NCBI GenBank assembly: GCA_002269645.1
Contig: NIVC01001264.1
Span: forward strand, 62,001 to 126,000
DNA length: 64,000 nucleotides
Source: Macrostomum lignano
Taxonomy: Eukaryota
Direction: 5' to 3'
Part shown: piece by piece, positions 13,301 to 25,049 of the stretch
Position numbering within the stretch: position 1 is the stretch's first letter
Layout: the number at the start of each line of letters is the position of its first letter
The notes under the pieces: model-generated
The model's database searches: none
What the model was told of the DNA's origin: nothing
The model's input: only the letters and a program-made list of their open reading frames with translations
Made by a program: the position numbers and the translations under genes

Positions 13301-16300
13301 AAAGAGTGACAGATTCTTTTGAGAGAATCTAGAAGAGTGACATTAAAGAAAAACTGAGTGATAGGCTTGTTTAGAAAATCTAGGAGAGTGACAGACTCAA
13401 TTGAAATAATTTAGAAGAGTGACAGACTCGTTGGAGAGAATATGAAAGAGTGACAGACTCGTTTGAGAGAATATGAAAGAGTGACAGACTCGTTTGAGAA
13501 AATCTGGAAGAGTGACAGACTCGTTTGAGAGAATCTGGAAGAGTGACAGACTCGTTTGATAGAATCTGGAAGAGTGACAGACTCGTTTGAGAAAATCTGG
13601 AAGAGTAACAGACTCGTTTGAGAGAATCTGGAAGTGACAGATTCGTTTGAGAGAATCTGAAAGAGTGACAGACTCGTTTGATAGAATCTGGAAGAGTGAC
13701 AGACTCGTTTGAGAAAATCTAGAAGAGTAACAGACTCGTTTGAGAGAATCTGGAAGAGTGACAGATTCGTTTGAGAGAATCTGAAAGAGTGACAGACTCG
13801 TTTGATAGAATCTGAAATAGTGACAGATTCGTTTGAAAGAATCTGGAAGAGTGACAGACTCGTTTGAGAGAACCAGGAAGAGTGACAGACTCATTTGATG
13901 AGCTTGAAATCTTGCTGTAGATTTCAATATCCACACCCCCCCCCCTTTACCTTCGCTTCGATCCCGCGGGAGCCAGAATCTCCAAAATATCGGAATCATA
14001 ATTCTGATCGTCGCCAAGCAGTTCAATCTGAGGCTCATCGTCCGAGTCCAGGCTTCGGTCGACCGATCCGGATGGCCGACGCTTCGACTGCGAATCGTCC
14101 TCAGATTGACCGTTATAATTGGCGTCACTCTTGGACTTGTCCGCGGGTTTCTGATCTCGTCTGAATTTGATAAAAATTGATATAAAATTAAAAACTTAAG
14201 CAGTATTATATAACTTAATAAATAATAAAGTTACTAAAGATGCGATTTAAATTTTACTTACTTTTGACCTTCCTCTCCAGATCGTACAAACGTTTTTCTG
14301 AAATTTTAAATAAATATATACTATGCATTAGGAATTTTAAATTAACAGTGACTTTTCATCAAAACAACTAATAGTCCACACCACTGTGAGATGTTTGAGC
14401 ACTTTAAACCATACTGAGGTGTCTGAGCACTCTGTGAGCCATTCTGAGGTGTCTGAGCACTCTGTGAGCCATGCTGAAGTGTCTGAGCACTCTGTGAGCC
14501 ATGCTGAGGTGTCTAAGCACTCTGTGAGCCATGCTGAGGTGTCTGAGCACTCTGTGAGCCATGCTGAGGTGTCTGAGCACTCTGTGAGCCATGCTGAGGT
14601 GTCTGAGCACTCTGTGAGCCATGCTGAGGTGTCTGAGCACTCTGTGTGCCATGCTGAGGTGTCTGAGCACTCTGTGAGCCATTCTGAGGTGTCTGAGCAC
14701 TCTGTGAGCCATGCTGAAGTGTCTGAGCACTCTGTGAGCCATGCTGAGGTGTCTGAGCACTCTGTGAGCCATGCTGAGGTGTCTGAGCACTCTGTGAGCC
14801 ATGCTGAGGTGTCTGAGCACTCTGTGAGCCATGCTGAGGTGTCTGAGCACTCTGTGAGCCATGCTGAGGTGTCTGAGCACTCTGTGAGCCATGCTGAGGT
14901 GTCTGAGCACTCTGTGAGCCATGCTGAGGTGTCTGAGCACTCTGTGAGCCATGCTGAGGTGTCTGAGCACTCTGTGAGCCATGCTGAGGTGTCTGAGCAC
15001 TCTGTGAGCCATGCTGAGGTGTCTGAGCACTCTGTGAGCCATACTGAGGTGTCTGAGCACTCTGTGTGCCATGCTGAGGTGTCTGAGCACTTTAAGCCAT
15101 ACTGAGGTGTCTGAGCACTTTAAGCCATACTGAGGTGTCTGTCCATCAACCAGACAAGAGCCATACTGAGGTGTCCACCCGGACAAGAGCCATACTGAGG
15201 TGTCCACCCAGACAAGAGCCATACTGAGTTGTCCACCCAGACAAGAGCCATACTGAGGTGTCCACCCGGACAAGAGCCATACTGAGGTGTCCACCACCCA
15301 GGCAATACTCAATTAGCTGCTCACTTTGGCCCCAAAGCGGCGGCAGCAGCTCCCGAGTCCCGATTGCGCTGATACTGACGCCAATCGTCGTCCGTCATCT
15401 TTTTCAGGCCGCGAGAAGCCGCTTTCCAGTGCGGCGGCGTGTCGTCGCCGGAAGAGGCGGACTGAGACTGGCCGCGGTAGCGCTGCGATGGTGATAGGAG
15501 TGGGTGGGTAGGGAGCAACGGTTGGTGGCGTAGGGTGCCTGAGGACAGGTGCCTGAGAACACGGGCTGGTAGTGAGACAGGTGTCTGAGGACAGGTGTTT
15601 GAGAAAATGTGCTTGAGGACAAGTGTTTGAGAACAGGTGTCTGAGAACACGGGCTCGTAGTGAGACAGGTGCCTGAGGACAGGTGTTTGAGAAAATGTGC
15701 TTGAGGACAGGTGTTTGAGAACAGGTGTCTGAGAACACGGGCTCGTAGTGAGACAGGTGCCTGAGGACAGGTGTTTGAGAAAATGTGCTTGAGGACAGGT
15801 GTTTGAGAACAAGTGTCTGAGAATACGGGCTCGTAGTGAGACAGGTGCCTGAGGACAGGTGTTTGAGAAAATGTGCTTGAGGACAGGTGTTTGAGAACAG
15901 GTGTCAGAGAACACGGGCTCTTAGTGAGACAGGTGTTTGAGGACAGTGGCCTGAGGACAGGTGTTTGAGAACACGGGCTGGTAGTGAGACAGGTGCCTGA
16001 GGACAGGTGCCTGAGGACAGGTGCCTGAGGACAGGTGCTTGTGGACAGGTGCCTGAGAAAAGGTGTCCGAGGACAGAGGTCTGAGAACACGGGCTAGTAG
16101 TGAGACAGGTGCCTGAGGACAGGTGTTTGAGGAAAGGTGCCTGAGAACACGGGCTAGTAGTGAGACAGGTGCCTGAGGACAGGTGTCTGAGGAAAGGTGC
16201 CTGAGGACAATGGACAGGTGTCTGATAGTGAGACAGGTATGAAGACAGGAGTTGACACTAGAGATTAGAAGTAGATGAGGCCGATGAACTGAACCAAATT

Positions 16301-18959
16301 GAACAGAAAAAAACTCACCAAATTGCCTCGACCTTTGACCTTAAGTCCGCTGGCGTCGTTGCGAGCAAAACTTCGCCGTTGATTACCAGAGTAATTAAGC
16401 TCAGGGGATTCATTTCTACGCACTCTGCAAAATGTCAATGAGAATAAAGTTTTTATCGATACATATAGGCGTATTTGGTAGTATTAGGAATCTAATAAAA
16501 GAGTTTATAAAAGTTCCATTTTTCGATACATATCGGCATATAAACATATAACCATACCGTCTAGTTGCTGACGCATTCTCCCTAGGCGGCCCGGTATAGC
16601 GGCTTAAAAATTTTCTCTTCGGCGATGGCGGTATCTCGTCTGGTCGAACGCTGCACAGCGGCTCGTCGTCTGCTAGCCTGCAGCGGTTGACAACAGGGTC
16701 ATTGAAACTTGTGTTTAATCGTAAGGTAGGCTAAAGGGGCGAATCTCAGGTAGGCTAAAGGGGCGAATCTCAGGTAGGCTAAAGGGGCGAATCTCAGGTA
16801 GGCTTAAGGGGCGATTCTCAGGTAGGCTTAAAGTACGATTCTCAGGTAGGCTAAGGGGGTGATTCTCAGGTAGGCTAAAGGGGCGATTCTCAGGTAGGCT
16901 AAGGGGGTGATTCTCAGGTAGGCTAAAGGGGCGATTCTTACGTAGGCTAAAGGGGCGATTCTCAGGTAGGCTAAAGGGGCGAATCTCAGGTAGGCTAAGG
17001 GGGCGATTCTCAGGTAGGCTAAAGGGGTGAATCTCAGGTAGGCTAAAGGGGCGATTCTCAGGCAGGCTAAAGGGGCGATTCTCAGGTAGGCTAAAGGGGC
17101 GATTCTCAGGTAGACTAAAGGGGCGATTCTCAGGCAGCCTACTAAGGCGATTCTCAGGTAGCCTACTAAGGCGATTCTCAGGTAGCCTACTAAGGCGATT
17201 CTCAGGTAGCCTACTAAGGCGATTCTCAGGTAGCCTACTAAGGCGATTCTCAGATAGGCTAAAGGGGCGATTCTTGGGTAGGCTAAAGGGGCGAATCTCA
17301 GGTAGCTTACTGAGGCGATTCTAAGGTGCATAATAAAAGACAATACTTACTCTCCATCTTCTCTGTCTCCATCTTCAGCATCTTTCTCATTCTTTTTATC
17401 TTTTTTGCTTTTCTTCTCTTTCTTCTCCTTCTTTTTCTTTTCTTTCTTAGCCTTCTTAGCTTTCTTTTTCGACGTGGTCTCGCCGTCAGCGCCATCAGAG
17501 GCATCAACCCCGGCCCCGGTGCTCGCGTCCGCCTCATCGGCAGTCGGTTTTTTCTTTCGCACTGTAAAAATACCGTAAATTTGCTGATTACACTACTGAC
17601 AAAAGTAAAAAATAGAACAATTCAATAGAAAAGTACGCATAAAATATCGAAACGGTACCGGGAACTAATTCGCCGCAATTAACAATGGTAATGTCATTCA
17701 CTGGACGCTTTTCATCGTTGACAGGTTGATTCTCGATGCGTTTAACAACGTCTTGACCGTCTAGAACTTGGCCGAATACTACGTGCTTGTTGTCCAGATG
17801 GCTAGCAGGCGTGGTGGTGCTGTTGTGGAAATAAAAAAATGCCAAGTATGCCTTAATAAGACATTAAACCAGAAATTATTATAGAATATATTGCGGAATA
17901 AAATTACGACTTACATAAAAAACTGAGACCCATTCGCATCTCTGCCTTTGTTGGCCATTGAGAGTAAAAACGGTCGATCGTGCTTCAAATCGAAGTTCTC
18001 GTCTAAAACAAATGTTGTATAAGAGAAATTAGTTAAACTAAGAGAAAATAAAAGACTGAGATACATGCATTTGAAATTTGAGCTGGGGAGGGCAGGGGAG
18101 GGCAGGGGAGGGCAGAGGGGAAGGCGGGGGGAGGGCAAAGGGAGGACATTAGGGCAGGGGAGGGCAGGAGGGCAGGGGCGGGCAAGGGAGGGCAGGAGGG
18201 CAGGGGCGGGCCAGGAAGGCAGGGAGAGGGCAGGGAAAGGGCAGGAGGGCATGGGCGGGTAGGAGTGCGGGGGAGGGCAGGGGAGGGCACGAGAGGGCAG
18301 GACTGCAGGGGAGGGCAAAGGGAGGGCATTAGGGCAGGAGGGTAAGGGAAGGCAGGAGAACAGGGGAGGGCAGGAGGGCAGGAGGGGGCAAAAGAGGAAG
18401 TCAGGAGAGGGCAGGAGGGCAGGATAGGGCATGAGGGCAGGGGAGGGCATGAGGGGAGGGGCAGAGCAGTTGAAGTAAAGCACACAAACCCTAACCTTTA
18501 AAGCGGCCGCCATAGATGCTCTCTCCGCCAGTGCCATCGCGTTTTGTAATATCGCCGCCCTGAATCATAAAACCTTTAATAACCCGATGAAAAATTGAGT
18601 CCTTATAGTGCAGCGACTGGCCTGGATTCTCACTAGACACTTTGTCACCTGTTGTGCATTGAGGATAAATTCTTCATATTTAACGTGTACTACTAAGAGT
18701 AGCGCAATGTTGCAGAGGAATATTATTTATATTTACCTAAACAGAGGTGACGGAAATTTTCGCAGGTCAGTGGAACAACGTTGTTGAATAACTCGAAAAT
18801 TATCCTGTGAACTGTTTTAGGTGGTGGATTAACGTGTTATTTAGACACTAGACAGCATTGTTTTTTTAGCCAGAGTCTCAAAAACGCCTATGAAAACCTA
18901 CCGCCATCTTCGCCTGGCAGGGCCACATCGAAGAAGCAGCGCGGCTTGAATTTACCCAT
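10307..18959 (-). CDS. PPIG: Peptidyl-prolyl cis-trans isomerase G-like SR cyclophilin, about 1383 aa
   Basis: Exons 18959-18902, 18811-18737, 18648-18496, 18002-17915, 17819-17659, 17561-17351, 16677-16558, 16424-16319, 15482-15325, 14160-13951, 13118-10307 total 4152 nt (in frame, GT-AG). Cyclophilin motifs [34 protein letters not shown]...[19 protein letters not shown] (His at the CypA W121 position, as in PPIG). PPIG-like [18 protein letters not shown]...TPPHW, Lys-rich tract and Ser/Arg tail. Confidence 0.9.
13200..13895. repeat. 31-bp minisatellite (AATCTGGAAGAGTGACAGACTCGTTTGAGAG)
   Basis: Tandem units; PPIG intron 10. Confidence 0.9.
14385..15300. repeat. 30-bp minisatellite (CTGAGGTGTCTGAGCACTCTGTGAGCCATG) grading into a related ~29-bp unit
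   Basis: Tandem units; PPIG intron 9. Confidence 0.92.
15530..16240. repeat. Minisatellite of ~14-bp subunits (GAGGACAGGTGTYT) with an 88-bp higher-order period
   Basis: Visible; PPIG intron 8. Confidence 0.85.
16725..17330. repeat. 24-bp minisatellite (GATTCTCAGGTAGGCTAAAGGGGC)
   Basis: Visible; PPIG intron 6. Confidence 0.9.
18080..18465. repeat. Purine/G-rich low-complexity tract (GGGCAGGAGA-like)
   Basis: Visible; PPIG intron 3. Confidence 0.85.
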
Positions 18960-20049
18960 GCACACTTGGTCCTGGCTGAAGGCTGAATTTTCAATTTTGC
19001 AGAATGCTTAGCTAATATAAAATATTTAAAATGGAATCTATGAATATGATTTCAAATTATTTGTAGCATAATTCGATATATGTACCTAAATAGTGTTCCA
19101 TCGTAGCCGTAACTATGGCTACAGGATTCTACGGCAAATACGGTAAAATAGGTGCCTACGGCAGCTACAGATATGCCTACGGTAGGTAGCTGCTCTCATG
19201 GCTACGACTACGGAAATGTGGTAGTTGCTGTCACATTCCATAGATTCCCATAGCCGTAGTTATTAATGTTAAAAAATTGAAAAAAATATTTGAAACAGGT
19301 AGAGTAAAACAAAGATACTTTTAGTAAACTGTATTATCAACCTAGAAACTTATAAAATATACCTAAAAAAGTACAATAAAACACTAGCAAACTCTCATTT
19401 TTATTAATAGGAAAAGTTCAGCATTAGTACTTTCAGTAATGATTAAATATTGTTGCTCTGAAAAAAGACAAAATATAATCTTACAAAGGCAATCGAGTGT
19501 TTATTTTATTTTCTAACTTAATTTGCAGTTTTTTAAGCACTAGGTTATCTTCTTGATTTAAAATATTTTGTTTTCTAGACTTTTTGATAAAACTATGGCT
19601 ATGGCTACGGGAACTATGGGAATATGGTAATATTGGGGTCCCTATGGCTACGGAATACAGAGAATAGGAATAAGCTGTAGTTTTGCTTATGGCTATAGAT
19701 ATGGTACATGGACCCTCCTTACGGCGAAACACTATACCAAAATAAATGTTAGCAATTCATTTTAAATATAATTGCCTTGTTAGTTTATATCTTCTATCTA
19801 ACATACCAATTTATCCAGTTTTAGTTACATTTTGCATATATGATCTGGTTTTTCATAATATTAAACTAAACTTTCTGTTCAAATTTGATAATGTACTATA
19901 TTGTCATAGTGATATAATATAAATGATATAATATAGTAATATCACAGAATCCAGGTAACAATGGGTTATACTTGCCATAATAGGCAGATACACAACCAAC
20001 TACTTGGCAACAGCTATTTTGTAGCACATATAAAGGTTATATACAGCTG

Positions 20050-20250
20050 TTTAGTCCAAGGACTAGGGAGTCACCATATATACCCTCAATTACCCCAGCT
20101 AATTCTGGTATCCAATTTCTAGCTAGGTGGACTGAGCAATGCAGAGTTAAGTGAATTCCTTGTTTAAGGACATAAATTTTTCCAAGTGAGTTGAGAAATA
20201 AACTTCTAACCTATTAGTTATAAGTCTAACTCACTAACCACTAGGCTATA
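20050..20250 (+). mobile_element. Decayed SINE or LINE 3'-tail-like sequence
   Basis: CTGGTATCCAATTTCTAGCTAGGTGGACTGAG...TTAAGTGAATTCCTTGTTTAAGGACA...CTAACCACTAGGCTA resembles a common invertebrate SINE/LINE tail; CpG-free. Confidence 0.4.
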
Positions 20251-20269
20251 ATCTCTATACATGGATAAT

Positions 20270-20572
20270 CTATAAACAATGGACAATCTTAACATTTTAA
20301 CTTTTATAAAAATATTTTTTACAAATTGTATATCAACATGCTTGGGCGCAACCTAGGGATTCACCTGGCCGTTTCTATTGGCAACACACACATGTAAGTT
20401 GCTATTAGACAGACTACTCTCAGCCAATAGCAACTTATATATGTGTGTTGCCAATAGAAATGGCTGAGTGATTCCCAAGGTTACGCATATATGTATATCA
20501 AACTGAAGCATATTAATTAAGATTCTATTCATTTTATTTTCTGTCAGGGCAATAAAAATTGTCCATTGTTTA
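20270..20572. mobile_element. Palindromic MITE-like hairpin
   Basis: Arms ~20348-20410 and ~20428-20488 are inverted (TTTCTATTGGCAACACAC...AAGTTGCTATT); outer inverted repeat AAACAATGGACAA / TTGTCCATTGTTT. Confidence 0.65.
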
Positions 20573-21527
20573 TTGTTCTATTGTTCTTTTAAAAATGTAT
20601 TGTCTTTTATAAAAATTATGTATATAGAAATAATTTATTGTCTTATATTTTTAAAAGAATTAAATTCAAATCAACCTAAAATACTATAGTCTTTTAGGAA
20701 TCTACTATATTAAAAATAGTATGTACATTATCAAAATAGCAAAAGTGCCACTAATCTTTTTTGAAAATCACTAATTATGCTAAATTCTTTTTTGCTACAA
20801 AACTAGATGGTTAATAGCAATTAATAAGACTATATTTAAGTAGTAAATTAACTATTATATAAATATATTTCTAATTTTCATAGAAATGCAAAAAAAATTA
20901 AAATTCATCTTTTGGTTTTTATTATCAACACTTAATATTGTTTTTATCATTGACTTTTAAAAGTTTTTTACTGTTTCTAATTCATTGGCAAAAAGTTGTT
21001 GATTTATTTAATTTTATTTATTAACTTGTAGGCCTACTTCTTTTGTCATGTCTATGTCTTAGTTTGACACTAATATTGTTGATGTCTATAATAATGAATA
21101 GGCCTAATACTTAAAATTAAAACCAAATCTACAATTTAGTATTGCCTAATATTCTATTGGATGTGTCAGTCCTAATGTGAATACTGATACTATTTGTTAT
21201 TTACCCAAAGTTGTCTTTAAAAAAGTGAATTAAGATAGCTGCCAATGGCATTATTAGTTTATTTACTTAAAATGTATAAGGTAAAAAATGTGCAAAAACA
21301 AAAGAATCCATATGAAATTGTTGTTTATATTAAATATATTTATTAATTTAACATATTTCAAAATTAGTAGCACTAGGTCTAATTGCACTAAATCAGTCTA
21401 AATGTCAAAGTAAAAATAGTGCCTGCTATTAGCAATCACTAGGCCCCTAATTTTTTAATCAGTTAGTATATATATTATAGCCTATCACTATCACTGGCTA
21501 ACTGGCATTGACCATAAAATAATCAAT

Positions 21528-21820
21528 CATACATGCGCAACCTCCAAAATTCGGTCGGCCATGCGACTTTGTTTTAACAAAAATGCAATGTAGTTTTTGG
21601 CCAAAAAAGCAACTTACATAAAAAAAACCCTATAGCAAAATTAACGCAATTTTTGGGTAAACGGCAGGAGTAACTATAACTGTCTTATCAAGCCAAAAGG
21701 CCTCGTCAGCTACTTAGTACTACAACTTTGTTATTTTTCGGGTGGGCATTTTTGCAACTTCCTTGGTTGGCAGCCCTGCCAAATCGGTCGGCCGACTTGG
21801 CCGACTGTTGCGCATGTATG
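21528..21820. mobile_element. MITE with 14-bp TIR CATACATGCGCAAC and a near-perfect 8-bp TSD (hAT- or P-like)
   Basis: TIRs visible; flanks TAATCAAT / TAACCAAT. Confidence 0.6.
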
Positions 21821-23326
21821 TAACCAATTGTAATGCAGTTGAAATGGACAATCTTTAGCATAGCATAACCATAGCATAACCATTATAATAGGCATATACA
21901 TAGCATAAGTCACAACCATTTTGCTATTACTTTCACTAGGGCCTACTCAGTCACTGTAACATTCAAACACTGCAACTGCCAAAATAAAACTGTCCTAATA
22001 TCCTATCTATGCGAGAGGAAATGGTCGAAGTCATCCTTTTTAATTTTTTACATCTTATCTATTTGGTCAAGACTCAAGTCGTTCGTTATCAGTCATGATT
22101 AATTAATATTAAAGTTGCAATTTTGAATGACTGCATTTCGACTGCACTTAGTCTTAGGTAAATAAACCATTGTTATCAAAAAGATTTGAAATGAATAGTA
22201 GCCATGTCTACTTAATTTTTTTAAACATCAAATAATATCGTTATTGATACATACAAATAAATAACAGAGAACTTTTGATAAAAGGCAGTTTAAAAGATTA
22301 GAGTAGTTGGCACTAGTTGCTTCGGAAATTCAGATATCCATTACTTTCAAAATTCGTTTCACTTTCTGCGAAACATAATTAACTATAACAAACACAAATT
22401 AGAAAACATGTTATAAAAAAGCTTCCAAAAGTTAAGTTATATTTAAGATTGAAATTAAGTTGCAACGCTTATACTCACAGGTGCAAAGAAGAATATAAAT
22501 ATAGCACAATTACTACGCTTTTCGCTATTCTTGATCATGTCCTTCCCTGTAAAAACATCGAATCTCCTACAGCTCAGAATAAGAAGCAAGAAATAAAGCA
22601 AGAGATAAGTATTTCTTTTTTAAACAATCCAAAAATTGATCTAAAATCAGCTAGGTGCATCGCCACTAAGGGGGGGGGGGGCAGGGGGACATGTCCAAGT
22701 CCATGTAGTTAATTGCTACAGTATATGGGGGGGACATGCCAATGCTTTGTCACTCCCCACCCCACCTTGTGACTCGTTGTGTTAATCAATAATTTTTCTT
22801 CAGGGCGCCAAAATACAGCGCCTTTAGCGCCAAAATGAGTGCCTACGGCGCTAAAAATGATCGTGCCTGCATGAGTGCAGCTGCGGCGCTAAAAGGAATG
22901 CCTGCGGCGCTAAAATGGAATGCCTGCGACGCCAAAATGAGTGCTGACAACACGATTCTTAAATTAAATAATGTACTTGTAAATGTAGGAATTTTAAATA
23001 TGGTCATGTCGTACATGTGTACATGTTAAATTTGGCTTTGTCCCCCCACCATAAAATCCATAGCGACGCCCCGGAGGCTTCACTTTTTGCACCATTCGTT
23101 TACGTACAACTGCGCATCTATTTAATACATGCGCAGTCTAATACAGTTGCAGGATGATCCTTCTGCTGTACATGTTCGTACATTTATGGGCGCGCTAATG
23201 CTTACAGCAGCTAGGGAGATCTTTAGAACCACATATTGGACGTAAAATTCAAAGATCGTGCATTTTTTGCTAATTTCCTGAAAGAATACACCACACATAG
23301 GAAAAATCATTCGATCTATTCATCAT

Positions 23327-23759
23327 ACATGTATAGTATTTGTCATGCTATCTCAGCCTAGAGACATCCAAACTCAGCCAGCCCATCTCGACAGTGCGAT
23401 TTTTTACGTAAGCCAGTCGAGTTTTACCATAGACATGCTTCTTAAGGCCATGCTATCTCAGCCTGGGACATGCAATCTCAGCGTTGTTGCGTACCCTTAC
23501 TGACTTTTCTTGCTGCGTTCATTCATTGCTGTTTGTTGCCATTTCATGTCACGTTATAGAAATGATAGCATTGAGATCTGTTTGCAATTGAAATCTATAT
23601 TGGCTGAGATTGCATGCCCCAGGCTGAGTTAGCATGGCCTTAAGAAGCATGTCTATGGTAAAAGTCGACTAGCTCGAGCCAAAAAAACGCATTGCGGAAT
23701 GGGACTGGCTGAGTTTGGATGTCTCTAGGCTGAGATAGCATGACAAATACTATACATGT
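23327..23759. mobile_element. MITE with ~160-bp imperfect TIRs
   Basis: TAGTATTTGTCATGCTATCTCAGCCTAGAGACATCCAAACTCAGCCAG at left is mirrored at right; TA at both ends. Confidence 0.8.
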
Positions 23760-23974
23760 TATATGTACTGCATGTACACGTATAATCAAATGATTGCATT
23801 GTATCAGGGGCAGTTACAATTTGTTGTTTAATAAAGTTGTGTAGCGAAAATATATTTCTATATTAAATAAATGCATGTATATATACATAGCCTGTTTCCA
23901 TGATGTACATGTACATTGGGCGCGTGATTCTGAAGGGCTCATACATATGTATGCTTAATTAGAATGTGTATAGG

Positions 23975-24312
23975 AGCGCCAGCGAGTTGAACGTCGGCGT
24001 GAGCAAAACTGGCGAGGTCTGCATGCCGTGTTGATCTGCCTGTTTAGCTGCTGCCATCTTGGCCGATCGAATCTTCCATATGCCAGATGGCCGTGATGGT
24101 CGAGGCTCATTGTCATCGAGCCCCAGCCGTACGGCAGGGCCCGCTTTGCATGGGTCGGGACGCTGAACTGCCGCACTGTCAATTCGCCGCTTAAGCCGAG
24201 TCTGCTAGTAGCGCAGCTAGCGCGCTGGACTTTATAGATGCCCCGTCATCTCGCTACAAGAGGTTTCATCAGAGCCGACCCGGGAGTTCATTGTGAGGAC
24301 CTATAGGCACCG
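23975..24312 (+). pseudogene. Degenerate LINE apurinic endonuclease fragment, left half (continues at 40564)
   Basis: VGTLNCRT (from 24154) and ISLQEV motifs, with a frameshift and stop. Confidence 0.6.
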
Positions 24313-25049
24313 CCCGGGCTGCCATTAACATTGATACAATGTTTTTTCAATGGTTGAAAAAAGGTTGCTATTGGATGTTGAAATAACGTCGTTTTTGGCC
24401 CGCCTTTTTAAGATTTTTAAACGTTGGTGGCCAACGTTGGGATTAGATTAAAAAATAACCGTCTACCAACCTTTTTGCTACATGCCCCACTGACTACTTA
24501 TAGACATAGCTCTATAGTTTCAGAAAATAATTAACAGAAGAGTCTTTTTCTTTTATTTTTAGCAAAAGAGATTGATTGTAATTTCATTTATTTAAAGTTG
24601 CGTAGTAAACTTATGGTTACGTCGATAATAGATGTTATAAAACGAAACTCGGCTTGTATAAATTTGGTTAATATGTTTTGAAGTATAATTTATTAAAAGC
24701 TAGCATTCTTTAGTAGGAAAGATTAAAAGACTGCATGAACACTTATATAGAAAGATGCGCTCTTACGCAGGCGGGCCCGTAAAATTTAACTTCGTTAATT
24801 AGTTGACCGAATTTTTGCAGTAGCTAAAATAAGCTCATATGGGAAAGTAGTGCTTGCAAACATGCTTACTAAAAGTAGTTAAGAGTTTAATTGTTTTTGT
24901 CGTCCAGTAAAAATTTGAGTTTCTGACCATTTCTGATGGAAGAATTTATATGTTTAAATAGATAATTTTTGTATGAGCATAGCAAGTACAATATACTTTA
25001 CAAGCTATTTGATACGGATGGTGGATGCTGTTTATGTTATATAACTGGC

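Noticed and set aside
14386-17343. [27 protein letters not shown] and YLRIAPLA repeat ORFs
   Set aside because: Intronic minisatellites of PPIG.
19090-19730. Scattered CTATGGCTACGG motifs in both orientations
   Set aside because: Probably a decayed non-autonomous element, but no termini or TSD could be defined.
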